Shown piece by piece: positions 34,792 to 49,500 of a stretch of 64,000 bases of DNA. This DNA is from Macrostomum hystrix. Taxonomy: Eukaryota; Animalia; Platyhelminthes. The position numbers and the translations under genes are program-made. Position 1 is the first letter of the stretch. Every line of letters begins with the position of its first letter. The stretch lies in the NCBI GenBank assembly GCA_950097015.1, contig CATNEN010000038.1, positions 32,240,001 through 32,304,000 on the forward strand, written 5' to 3'. Below the pieces are notes generated by a model. That model worked only from the letters and a program-made list of their open reading frames with translations. It was not told where the DNA came from and searched no databases.

Positions 34792-37700
34792 CTCTGCTGT
34801 ATGGCTAGCGACAGGACAAGATTCTAGCAATTAAATTAGAGCAGTGTGGATTAATTTGGACAGAATGGAAGACTGAAGTACAGAAAATGAAATTTGGAGC
34901 AAGTAAGGAAATGTTGGATTGACAAAATAATATTATGATTTGTGTGATGAGGATATTATTAAATTAAATAGAGCTAGGTCATGCTTCTTTTAGCATTGCT
35001 GGCTTCAAGGTAAATTCTGAAAAAAAATGAAAAGTTTGGCATGGAAGTACATAGATAGCTATTGCATAAATTGAATTGAACTAAAACCATAAATGGTCAT
35101 TTGACTTAAAATATATTATGTGATCACATCTACTCTAGTTATCAAAACAGCTTCAGCAATATACGAGTAAATTAGTTTTTGTTATTTACAATTGAAAAAA
35201 AAGTATGAAAAATTGTTAAAAACTTTTAAAATAGTTTTGCTAACATTATTATTGATTTATTTTTACTTATGCTTATAAATACCTGCCTATACACAATGTA
35301 ACATTTTTACATTATTTATTCAGTTATTTAAATTTGATGTTGTCTATAGATATAGGCTTATTGCTCATTTGCTATTTGTGTCTTTTATTGCCAATTTAAA
35401 ACATTTTACCTATTCAATCAATTAAAACTAGCTATATGGATATTATAAATCTATTACTATTTTTTCTATAGTAATCATCATGTCAAATGCATGCCTGAAG
35501 CATGAAAACCAACAAGAGTTACTGTTTGCATGCCAACTACACCCTAACAATAGGAGGACAATGCATGCACTCAAAAGACATCACAAATGGTATTGGTTGG
35601 TACTAAAAAGACTTAAACAATAGAATAAAGATCTAAATATTCTAGTATATTTATCTAGTCTACCTTTACAGTGCTTTTTTTATCAATAATCCAGGTTCAA
35701 CTTTACTGGCTAGGCTAGCTGACCCTTCATAAGGTTACTAGTATAGTAGAAATTACCAAAGTATTGTAAAGTATTGAGTAGAGTCTACCAAAGGACCCTC
35801 TTAGTTTTGGCATACTAACTTTTCAGCCAGTCTAGCAACAAGAGTATATAGAATGACATATAACAAGTTAAGTAGGACCCTTTGATGATTTTAATTTGGA
35901 TTGTTAGGTTATTAGAGATGGAGTCTGCAATAATCAACCCAATTGGAATTAATGTTGAAAACCCATGGATGCATGCTTTAGAATTAAGAAAGATTGAGAA
36001 AGGTGCACTTTAGCCATGCCTCTTTCTGCTGGCTGCTCAAGTCTTTTCGAGTAGCAGTTAAGTAAGAAAAGTGTGCACACTTTAGAAAAATCCAAAAAGT
36101 ACAACAAACACCATCCATGGATTTTCAACTTTTTCCAATAGGGAAAATCAATATAAAGGCTATGGTTTACACTTTACAATCATATAGTTCTATAGGCCAT
36201 TGTTAGCCTGCAATCTATCACTTAGACCCTTGATACAAGTGTTTTGGGTTGGACTCAGGGGAATGCTAACTAGGCTTTCTGGCCATGATAAAGTAAAAAA
36301 ATAATAGGAAAGGTTAAAACAATCTTAAAATAATTTCATTTAGTAATCAATTAGGTTGTGTTAGTGCATGTGCTATGTTAGTAATTAGTTCCCTGGTGTA
36401 CATAGTTTGGTCGAACTAGTCAATAAGGGTTCCAAAATGTCTCTTTAACTACTAGAACCATTTGCTAAAGAGTCTATTATCAAAATTTTCTCTGGCAAAA
36501 TGGGTTGCACCAATGTTAGGCAATCTTTTAGTTTTGCACATTTAATTCAAACTGTTTTTAAAATGACAGTTTTTTTCGCCGCCCAGAAAAGGATATTCCT
36601 AAAGGTGTTGCGGGGGTGCGCGCACTATTATGCCATCTCAGATCTCACTACTAGGCCTATGACATATGAGTAACATGCAATTGACTCATTACATTGTCAG
36701 TCATCTGTTCATTGGTTGTTAGTCACATTGTTTCTTGGTTGTTATACAAAACTGTTGTTTTAAAAACAGTTTGAATTATACATGCGAAACTAGAAGATTG
36801 CCCAATATTCAATAATAGCCATCGGCCTACTTTTTCAATCAATTAGGCCTAGTGGGCTAGGCCTAGATTAAATACAGGCTGCCACATGATAACTGAAGTA
36901 AGAGTAATATAAACTGAGTTATAAATGGACAATAGGCCTAGGCCTAACAAATGTGAAAAACTGTAGGCCTAGGCCTATCATAATTTAAATCAAACTTAGC
37001 TATAAAATAAAACATGGGTACAACACAGGCTGCAACAAATTGTACAAACTAAGCTATGCTACCTCTTGATTGCTGGTTTAATCTAGAGAAATGAAATTAA
37101 ATTAGCTATCAAGCAGGACAAGCAAATGCTAAAAAACTAAGTAAAAGCAAAAATCTGAGTCAGCAGGACTAGGCCTTCAACATTGGCTTTAGGACAAGGG
37201 CTCCCTAGTGTATAATATGACTCGCCAGCTAACTATGAGCACTATGAGCACTACCACAGACCAAAGTGCCAGTGGGAAAGATGTTTGCTCATCAAAGTTT
37301 ATTAGGCCTATGTTAATCAATAATCCTTTTTCATAAGAACACTGATTAGTCATAGGCCTATAAAAATAACGAAATAAGATTTAATTTATATTCATGAGAC
37401 AATCTAAAAATAACACTCTTACTGAAACATACGGTCCGCGTACATTCAGGCCAACAACATACAAGAATATATATTATGGAATAAATATCAGATATTCATC
37501 ATTTGATCAATGGATCGGACAATTTCTATGAAAATAAATTAAACTCAACTTTTTTCGAAACAAAAGCACAAAATAAAACGAATGGTATCGGCAAACTTTT
37601 ACTAAAATTAGGTAAAATGCTTTAAATAGCACTCTAAAACGTTAATATAAAAATTGATATTTACAAATACACGTGCTAGCATTATAAGGAAAGAGATTAT

Positions 37701-38599
37701 TAATTCAAATGCCCCCTAAGCAAGTTAATATACAAGTAATTACTTCACTTTCATTTCTGCCTATTTGCTTTATGAGAACGTGTTAAGGTGTGATGCTCCG
37801 ATGACCCGATCACATGAGATTCTGCAGAATTATAGACTTTTTGCAAACGAAAAGAAAAAAGAAATGAAAATTAATAAGAAACAATATTCGAATCGGCTTA
37901 AATCACACAATTATACCAGATCTGCTGTCTCAATCATTGCTCCAAAAATGTTAAATAATAATTCGACTTTGAGTTCTTTATTCGATCACCGAACTTGACT
38001 AATGAAAACTTCAAGTGAAGTGGACATTTGTTTTGGTGCCGCGCAATCGGTCACTTCGGACTGAGGGCGAGATTTTCGGAGAAGTAATTAGGCGCTTGAT
38101 GCTTTCGAATCCTATAGAAGTGGCTGGCCTGGCTTCGAACTGTGCTCAGCCATCAGTTTTCGCTGCTCTCAGATAGAGGCAATTAAGTCTATGTTTGAGT
38201 GAGTGAGAGGGCCTGCATGCACCGTGAGTCATGCGGACCTGGAATTTGGCCGATTTTCGTGGGATGCATGCGTCACCTAGTTCGCTAAATATGCGTTGCT
38301 CATGCGGCTGCTTAATAGCTTCTGAGCAATCATGCAACTCATGCAGCTGGCATGCCTATAACCAAGCAAAGGCTGAATTGCACCAGAGAGGTCGTGTGCA
38401 GAGATATATAAATGACGCATTAATGCGTGAGTTGGATGGCTATGTATGGCGAGACAGACTTATTAAGTGCCGAGAGTACAGATAGTGTTCTATTTTTTCA
38501 AGGAATATTGCATACGTGATTATTATGTATATCCTCTAAAAATGTGCTTAGATATGTATTCCGAAACAGATACTGGCAGAGATAAATAATAGCTTAGAG

Positions 38600-39110
38600 C
38601 AGGGGTCGGCAAACTCCGGCCCGCGGGCCAGATGCGGCCCTCGATCGAAGCTCCCAAATCCGGCCCGTTGCCCCTCCAACTCCTGTCTTATCTTTCCCCT
38701 GTCTCATCTCTCTCATCTGGAGATTGAGATTCTCATCTCTCCCGTGTCTCCCGTCTCATCTTTCCTGTCTCTCATCTGGTTTATAGTTTATCCATGCATG
38801 TCTCATCTATCCTGTGTCTCATCTCTCCCCTGTCTCATCTCTCCCGTGTCTCATCTCTCCCCTGTCTCATCTCTCCCCTGTCTCATCTCATCCCTGTCTC
38901 ATATCTCTACTGTCTCATCTCTCCCCTGTCTCATCTCTCTACTGTCTCATCTCTCCCCTGTCTCATCTCTCCCCTGTCTCATCTCTCCCCTGTCTCATCT
39001 CTCCCCTGTCTTATCTCTCCCCTTTCTCATATTCCTACAGTTAATGCGGCCCTCTGTCGTCTTTTAGATTCTCTCCGGGGCCCGTACGCTAATAAGTTTG
39101 CCGACCCCTG
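38600..39110. mobile_element. hAT (Charlie-like) MITE containing an internal ~18-bp minisatellite
   Basis: Perfect 16-bp TIR CAGGGGTCGGCAAACT / AGTTTGCCGACCCCTG; perfect 8-bp TSD GCTTAGAG (38592-38599, 39111-39118); GGCCC subterminal motifs. Confidence 0.93.
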
Positions 39111-39667
39111 GCTTAGAGGATGAAGGTTACAGGTAAAATACAGACCAAACAGACAGGCAAACAGGCAAACAGAAAAACAGGCAGACAGATGGGCAGAAAA
39201 TAGACAGACAGACAGACAGGAAGGACTGCGGAAGACCAAATATCAGAGTAGCATTAAAAACTAAAAAAGCAAAGCCAACTCAATGTAATCGATAGATTTA
39301 ATGTTGATCATTATTTCATTCTTCACTATAGAAACCACAGTGCTGCTGCGGCCAAAGATGGATTGGTGGCAATATTCAGTGCCAGCAGAATGTGATCAGA
39401 GTTCAAGAGAATTGAGTTTGTGTAAGGATATATATTGGGGTGTATAGGCTGCCATTTTATTTTCGGGGGGCCCAAGCAATGCAATATACATACAATTTTC
39501 TGGTCTAAGCTGATAATCTCAAAGAGATTACAGGTCTTTTGCGTGCATTATTCAATAATAATATAATCTGTATAATATTAGCCATGCTCAAAATGACGAA
39601 GATCTAATTATATATAAATGGATATATAACATTACCCACACAAATACCACAACCACGCTCAATTGTT

Positions 39668-39735
39668 CCGACGGAGTTGGGAATCGAGCCCCCGACCTTC
39701 AAGTTTTGAGTCCGACGCTGTCAACAACTAAATAA
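39668..39735 (-). mobile_element. Degenerate tRNA-like SINE head fragment
   Basis: Minus strand ...GCGTCGGACTCAAAACTTGAAGGTCGGGGGCTCGATTCCC; B-box-like motif and GTCGGACTC shared with the SINE at 22669. Confidence 0.4.
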
Positions 39736-40550
39736 AAATTGTCTAAACAAACTTTATTCACGTGATTTAAAAATATGTCTCGTGACCAAAGTCGAGTCGA
39801 ACTATCACAGCAAATAAAGATGACAGATTGCACATTAAACTAGTACATGTATGTGTTGTGCATGTGAATCTACATTTATTGAAACAAAGTTGAGTACAGT
39901 GCAACTTCATGTATAATCTATCCTTTGTATACTCAGATTTCTGCACGGAGAGAGAATAAAACAGGGATAGCGAGGTATATGCGACGACGATTAGACCAAA
40001 TTTAGCCAGAAAATTAATCGATATAATTTCCAATGAGTCCGTCCGTTCCATTCTTATCGATCAGGTCGAGGGGTAGGTTTGGAGAGCCAATCCTAAACAA
40101 TCCATGTGCAACCGTTAAGGACGGCAAATTCTCAGTCCCAACTCTGGCCTGTTGGAAGAGAAATCGACAGTTCAAGGAATGAAACGAATTTGGTTGGCTG
40201 GGCTATACTTTTTCCCAAACGAAGCATATAAAACTGGCAAGATCCCCTTAACTCAAATCGCATTCTAGGCGCGTAGCTGATCAAGCTCTATTCGGTAAGT
40301 TGATCCCATACAGGAGAGAAAGAGCAGATTGAATTGGAAAACTCCAGGGACTAGACAAAGTTTCTCGCTACTATATATATTTCATAGAAATAACTGATCA
40401 ATCGAAAGTCAAGACCTCCGTCTCGAAGAATTCTAAGCGAGATTTTTATATTAGCACAATGATCAAGAGCAGATCGACACTGGCTATTCCGCCATCGAGA
40501 CCTCGGAGAAGTAAGACGCAATGAAATTTTCCCGATTTGACGTTCTCCTA

Positions 40551-43500
40551 CATTCACAGATTCACTTATTGAGCAACATTCACTGACTCCACTATTCACT
40601 GATTCCATTATTCACAGATTGTGCATCATTCACTGATTCCATCATTCACAGATTGTGCAACATTCTCTGATTCCATCATTCACAGATTGTGCAACAACAT
40701 TCACTGATTCCATCATTCACAGATTGTGCAACATTCACTGATTCCATCATTCACAGATTGTGCAACATTCACTGATTCCATCATTCACAGATTGTGCAAC
40801 ATTTACTGATTCCATGATTCACAGATTGTGCAACAACATTCACTGATTCCATCATTCACGGATTGTGCAACATTCACTGATTCCATCATTCACAGATTGT
40901 GCAACATTCACTGATTCCATCATTCACAGATTGTGCAACATTCACTGATTCCATCATTCACAGATTGTGCAACATTCACTGATTCCATTATTCACAGATT
41001 GTGCAACATTCACTGATTCCATGATTCACAGATTGTGCAACAACATTCACTGATTCCATCATTCACAGATTGTGCAACATTCTCTGATTCCATCATTCAC
41101 AGATTGTGCAACATTCACTGATTCCATCATTCACAGATTGTGCAACATTCACTGATTCCATCATTCACAGATTGTGCAACATTCACTGATTCCATCATTC
41201 ACAGATTGTGCAACATTCACTGATTCCATCATTCACAGATTGTGCAACATTCACTAATTCCATGATTCACAGATTGTGCAACAACATTCACTGATTCCAT
41301 CATTCACAGATTGTGCAACATTCACTGATTCCATCATTCACAGATTGTGCAACATTCACTGATTCCATCATTCACAGATTGTGCATGATACACTGATTCC
41401 ATCATTCACAGATTGTGCAACATTCACTGATTCCATAATTCACAGATTGTGCAACATTCACTAATTCCATGATTCACAGATTGTGCAACAACATTCACTG
41501 ATTCCATCATTCACAGATTGTGCAACATTCACTGATTCCATCATTCACAGATTGTGCAACATTCACTGATTCCATGATTCACAGATTGTGCAACATTTAC
41601 TGATTCCATGATTCACAGATTGTGCAACAACATTCACTGATTCCATCATTCACGGATTGTGCAACATTCACTGATTCCATCATTCACAGATTGTGCAACA
41701 TTCACTGATTCCATGATTCACAGATTGTGCAACATTCACTGATTCCATCATTCACAGATTGTGCAACATTCACTGATTCCATCATTCACAGATTGTGCAA
41801 CATTCACTGATTCCATGATTCACAGATTGTGCAACATTCACTGATTCCATCATTCACAGATTGTGCAACATTCTCTGATTCCATCATTCACAGATTGTGC
41901 AACAACATTCACTGATTCCATCATTCACAGATTGTGCAACATTCACTGATTCCATCATTCACAGATTGTGCAACATTCACTGATTCCATGATTCACAGAT
42001 TGTGCAACATTTACTGATTCCATGATTCACAGATTGTGCAACAACATTCACTGATTCCATCATTCACGGATTGTGCAACATTCACTGATTCCATCATTCA
42101 CAGATTGTGCAACATTCACTGATTCCATCATTCACAGATTGTGCAACATTCACTGATTCCATCATTCACAGATTGTGCAACATTCACTGATTCCATTATT
42201 CACAGATTGTGCAACATTCACTGATTCCATGATTCACAGATTGTGCAACAACATTCACTGATTCCATCATTCACAGATTGTGCAACATTCTCTGATTCCA
42301 TCATTCACAGATTGTGCAACATTCACTGATTCCATCATTCACAGATTGTGCAACATTCACTGATTCCATCATTCACAGATTGTGCAACATTCACTGATTC
42401 CATCATTCACAGATTGTGCAACATTCACTGATTCCATCATTCACAGATTGTGCAACATTCACTAATTCCATGATTCACAGATTGTGAAACAACATTCACT
42501 GATTCCATCATTCACAGATTGTGCAACATTCACTGATTCCATCATTCACAGATTGTGCAACATTCACTGATTCCATCATTCACAGATTGTGCAACATTCA
42601 CTGATTCCATCATTCACAGATTGTGCAACATTCACTGATTCCATGATTCACAGATTGTGCAACATTCACTGATTCCATCATTCACAGATTGTGCAACATT
42701 CTCTGATTCCATCATTCACAGATTGTGCAACAACATTCTCTGATTCCATCATTCACAGATTGTGCATCATTCACTGATTCTACCATTCACAGATTGTGCA
42801 ACATTCACTGATTCCATCATTCACAGATTGTGCAACATTCACTGATTCCATCATTCACAGATTGTGCAACATTCACTGATTCCATCATTCACAGATTGTG
42901 CAACATTCACTGATTCCATCATTCACAGATTGTGCAACATTTACTGATTCCATGATTCACAGATTGTGCAACAACATTCACTGATTCCATCATTCACGGA
43001 TTGTGCAACATTCACTGATTCCATCATTCACAGATTGTGCATCATTCACTGATTCCATCATTCACAGATTGTGCAACATTCACTGATTCCATCATTCACA
43101 GATTGTGCAACATTCACTGATTCCATCATTCACAGATTGTGCATCATTCACTGATTCTACCATTCACAGATTGTGCAACATTCACTGATTCCATCATTCA
43201 CAGATTGTGCAACATTCACTGATTCCATCATTCACAGATTGTGCAACATTCACGGATTCCATCATTCACAGATTGTGCAACATTCACTGATTCCATCATT
43301 CACAGATTGTGCAACATTCACTGATTCCATCATTCACAGATTGTGCAACATTCACTGATTCCATCATTCACAGATTGTGCAACATTCACTGATTCCATCA
43401 TTCACAGATTGTGCAACATTCCCTGATTCCATCATTCACAGATTGTGCAACATTCACTGATTCCATCATTCACAGATTGTGCAACATTCACTGATTCCAT

Positions 43501-46500
43501 CATTCACAGATTGTGCAACATTCACTGATTCCATCATTCACAGATTGTGCAACATTCACTGATTCCATCATTCACAGATTGTGCAACATTCACTGATTCC
43601 ATCATTCACAGATTGTGCAACATTCACTGATTCCATCATTCACAGATTGTGCAACATTCACTGATTCCATCATTCACAGATTGTGCAACATTCACTGATT
43701 CCATCATTCACAGATTGTGCAACATTCACTGATTCCATCATTCACAGATTGTGCAACATTCACTGATTCCATCATTCACAGATTGTGCAACATTTACTGA
43801 TTCCATGATTCACAGATTGTGCAACAACATTCACTGATTCCATCATTCACGGATTGTGCAACATTCACTGATTCCATCATTCACAGATTGTGCAACATTT
43901 ACTGATTCCATGATTCACAGATTGTGCAACAACATTCACTGATTCCATCATTCACGGATTGTGCAACATTCACTGATTCCATCATTCACAGATTGTGCAA
44001 CATTCACTGATTCCATCATTCACAGATTGTGCAACATTCACTGATTCCATCATTCACAGATTGTGCAACATTCACTGATTCCATGATTCACAGATTGTGC
44101 AACAACATTCACTGATTCCATCATTCACAGATTGTGCAACATTCACTGATTCCATCATTCACAGATTGTGCAACATTCACTGATTCCATCATTCACAGAT
44201 TGTGCAACATTCACTGATTCCATCATTCACAGATTGTGCAACATTTACTGATTCCATGATTCACAGATTGTGCAACAACATTCACTGATTCCATCATTCA
44301 CGGATTGTGCAACATTCACTGATTCCATCATTCACAGATTGTGCATGATACACTGATTCCATCATTCACAGATTGTGCAACATTCACTGATTCCATAATT
44401 CACAGATTGTGCAACATTCACTAATTCCATGATTCACAGATTGTGCAACAACATTCACTGATTCCATCATTCACAGATTGTGCAACATTCACTGATTCCA
44501 TCATTCACAGATTGTGCAACATTCACTGATTCCATGATTCACAGATTGTGCAACATTTACTGATTCCATGATTCACAGATTGTGCAACAACATTCACTGA
44601 TTCCATCATTCACGGATTGTGCAACATTCACTGATTCCATCATTCACAGATTGTGCAACATTCACTGATTCCATGATTCACAGATTGTGCAACATTCACT
44701 GATTCCATCATTCACAGATTGTGCAACATTCACTGATTCCATCATTCACAGATTGTGCAACATTCACTGATTCCATGATTCACAGATTGTGCAACATTCA
44801 CTGATTCCATCATTCACAGATTGTGCAACATTCTCTGATTCCATCATTCACATATTGTGCAACAACATTCACTGATTCCATCATTCACAGATTGTGCAAC
44901 ATTCACTGATTCCATCATTCACAGATTGTGCAACATTCACTGATTCCATCATTCACAGATTGTGCAACATTCACTGATTCCATCATTCACAGATTGTGCA
45001 ACATTCTCTGATTCCATCATTCACAGATTGTGCAACAACATTCTCTGATTCCATCATTCACAGATTGTGCATCATTCACTGATTCTACCATTCACAGATT
45101 GTGCAACATTCACTGATTCCATCATTCACAGATTGTGCAACATTCACTGATTCCATCATTCACAGATTGTGCAACATTCACTGATTCCATCATTCACAGA
45201 TTGTGCAACATTCACTGATTCCATCATTCACAGATTGTGCAACATTTACTGATTCCATGATTCACAGATTGTGCAACAACATTCACTGATTCCATCATTC
45301 ACGGATTGTGCAACATTCACTGATTCCATCATTCACAGATTGTGCATCATTCACTGATTCCATCATTCACAGATTGTGCAACATTCACTGATTCCATCAT
45401 TCACAGATTGTGCAACATTCACTGATTCCATCATTCACAGATTGTGCATCATTCACTGATTCTACCATTCACAGATTGTGCAACATTCACTGATTCCATC
45501 ATTCACAGATTGTGCAACATTCACTGATTCCATCATTCACAGATTGTGCAACATTCACGGATTCCATCATTCACAGATTGTGCAACATTCACTGATTCCA
45601 TCATTCACAGATTGTGCAACATTCACTGATTCCATCATTCACAGATTGTGCAACATTCACTGATTCCATCATTCACAGATTGTGCAACATTCACTGATTC
45701 CATCATTCACAGATTGTGCAACATTTACTGATTCCATGATTCACAGATTGTGCAACAACATTCACTGATTCCATCATTCACGGATTGTGCAACATTCACT
45801 GATTCCATCATTCACAGATTGTGCAACATTTACTGATTCCATGATTCACAGATTGTGCAACAACATTCACTGATTCCATCATTCACGGATTGTGCAACAT
45901 TCACTGATTCCATCATTCACAGATTGTGCAACATTCACTGATTCCATCATTCACAGATTGTGCAACATTCACTGATTCCATCATTCACAGATTGTGCAAC
46001 ATTCACTGATTCCATGATTCACAGATTGTGCAACAACATTCACTGATTCCATCATTCACAGATTGTGCAACATTCACTGATTCCATCATTCACAGATTGT
46101 GCAACATTCACTGATTCCATCATTCACAGATTGTGCAACATTCACTGATTCCATCATTCACAGATTGTGCAACATTTACTGATTCCATGATTCACAGATT
46201 GTGCAACAACATTCACTGATTCCATCATTCACGGATTGTGCAACATTCACTGATTCCATCATTCACAGATTGTGCATGATACACTGATTCCATCATTCAC
46301 AGATTGTGCAACATTCACTGATTCCATAATTCACAGATTGTGCAACATTCACTAATTCCATGATTCACAGATTGTGCAACAACATTCACTGATTCCATCA
46401 TTCACAGATTGTGCAACATTCACTGATTCCATCATTCACAGATTGTGCAACATTCACTGATTCCATGATTCACAGATTGTGCAACATTTACTGATTCCAT

Positions 46501-49500
46501 GATTCACAGATTGTGCAACAACATTCACTGATTCCATCATTCACGGATTGTGCAACATTCACTGATTCCATCATTCACAGATTGTGCAACATTCACTGAT
46601 TCCATGATTCACAGATTGTGCAACATTCACTGATTCCATCATTCACAGATTGTGCAACATTCACTGATTCCATCATTCACAGATTGTGCAACATTCACTG
46701 ATTCCATGATTCACAGATTGTGCAACATTCACTGATTCCATCATTCACAGATTGTGCAACATTCTCTGATTCCATCATTCACAGATTGTGCAACAACATT
46801 CACTGATTCCATCATTCACAGATTGTGCAACATTCACTGATTCCATCATTCACAGATTGTGCAACATTCACTGATTCCATGATTCACAGATTGTGCAACA
46901 TTCACTGATTCCATCATTCACAGATTGTGCAACATTCTCTGATTCCATCATTCACAGATTGTGCAACAACATTCTCTGATTCCATCATTCACAGATTGTG
47001 CATCATTCACTGATTCTACCATTCACAGATTGTGCAACATTCACTGATTCCATCATTCACAGATTGTGCAACATTCACTGATTCCATCATTCACAGATTG
47101 TGCAACATTCACTGATTCCATCATTCACAGATTGTGCAACATTCACTGATTCCATCATTCACAGATTGTGCAACATTTACTGATTCCATGATTCACAGAT
47201 TGTGCAACAACATTCACTGATTCCATCATTCACGGATTGTGCAACATTCACTGATTCCATCATTCACAGATTGTGCATCATTCACTGATTCCATCATTCA
47301 CAGATTGTGCAACATTCACTGATTCCATCATTCACAGATTGTGCAACATTCACTGATTCCATCATTCACAGATTGTGCATCATTCACTGATTCTACCATT
47401 CACAGATTGTGCAACATTCACTGATTCCATCATTCACAGATTGTGCAACATTCACTGATTCCATCATTCACAGATTGTGCAACATTCACGGATTCCATCA
47501 TTCACAGATTGTGCAACATTCACTGATTCCATCATTCCCAGATTGTGCAACATTCACTGATTCCATCATTCACAGATTGTGCAACATTCACTGATTCCAT
47601 CATTCACAGATTGTGCAACATTCACTGATTCCATCATTCACAGATTGTGCAACATTCACTGATTCCATCATTCACAGATTGTGCAACATTCACTGATTCC
47701 ATCATTCACAGATTGTGCAACATTCACTGATTCCATCATTCACAGATTGTGCAACATTCACTGATTCCATCATTCACAGATTGTGCAACATTCACTGATT
47801 CCATCATTCACAGATTGTGCAACATTCACTGATTCCATCATTCACAGATTGTGCAACATTCACTGATTCCATCATTCACAGATTGTGCAACATTCACTGA
47901 TTCCATCATTCACAGATTGTGCAACATTCACTGATTCCATCATTCACAGATTGTGCAACATTCACTGATTCCATCATTCACAGATTGTGCAACATTCACT
48001 GATTCCATCATTCACAGATTGTGCAACATTTACTGATTCCATGATTCACAGATTGTGCAACAACATTCACTGATTCCATCATTCACGGATTGTGCAACAT
48101 TCACTGATTCCATCATTCACAGATTGTGCAACATTTACTGATTCCATGATTCACAGATTGTGCAACAACATTCACTGATTCCATCATTCACGGATTGTGC
48201 AACATTCACTGATTCCATCATTCACAGATTGTGCAACATTCACTGATTCCATCATTCACAGATTGTGCAACATTCACTGATTCCATCATTCACAGATTGT
48301 GCAACATTCACTGATTCCATGATTCACAGATTGTGCAACAACATTCACTGATTCCATCATTCACAGATTGTGCAACATTCACTGATTCCATCATTCACAG
48401 ATTGTGCAACATTCACTGATTCCATCATTCACAGATTGTGCAACATTCACTGATTCCATCATTCACAGATTGTGCAACATTTACTGATTCCATGATTCAC
48501 AGATTGTGCAACAACATTCACTGATTCCATCATTCACGGATTGTGCAACATTCACTGATTCCATCATTCACAGATTGTGCAACATTTACTGATTCCATCA
48601 TTCACAGATTGTGCAACATTCACTGATTCCATCATTCACAGATTGTGCAACATTCACTGATTCCATCATTCACAGATTGTGCAACATTTACTGATTCCAT
48701 GATTCACAGATTGTGCAACAACATTCACTGATTCCATCATTCACGGATTGTGCAACATTCACTGATTCCATCATTCACAGATTGTGCAACATTCACTGAT
48801 TCCATGATTCACAGATTGTGCAACATTCACTGATTCCATCATTCACAGATTGTGCAACATTCACTGATTCCATCATTCACAGATTGTGCAACATTCACTG
48901 ATTCCATGATTCACAGATTGTGCAACATTCACTGATTCCATCATTCACAGATTGTGCAACATTCACTGATTCCATGATTCACAGATTGTGCAACAACATT
49001 CACTGATTCCATCATTCACAGATTGTGCAACATTCACTGATTCCATCATTCACAGATTGTGCAACATTCACTGATTCCATTATTCACAGATTGTGCAACA
49101 TTCACTGATTCCATGATTCACAGATTGTGCAACAACATTCACTGATTCCATCATTCACAGATTGTGCAACATTCTCTGATTCCATCATTCACAGATTGTG
49201 CAACATTCACTGATTCCATCATTCACAGATTGTGCAACATTCACTGATTCCATCATTCACAGATTGTGCAACATTCACTGATTCCATCATTCACAGATTG
49301 TGCAACATTCACTGATTCCATCATTCACAGATTGTGCAACATTCACTAATTCCATGATTCACAGATTGTGCAACAACATTCACTGATTCCATCATTCACA
49401 GATTGTGCAACATTCACTGATTCCATCATTCACAGATTGTGCAACATTCACTGATTCCATAATTCACAGATTGTGCAACATTCACTGATTCCATCATTCA

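Noticed and set aside
37400-38100. PIP5K1 promoter and 5'UTR exons
   Set aside because: Donor-like sites and a CpG-richer patch exist, but nothing is specific enough to assign coordinates without transcript data
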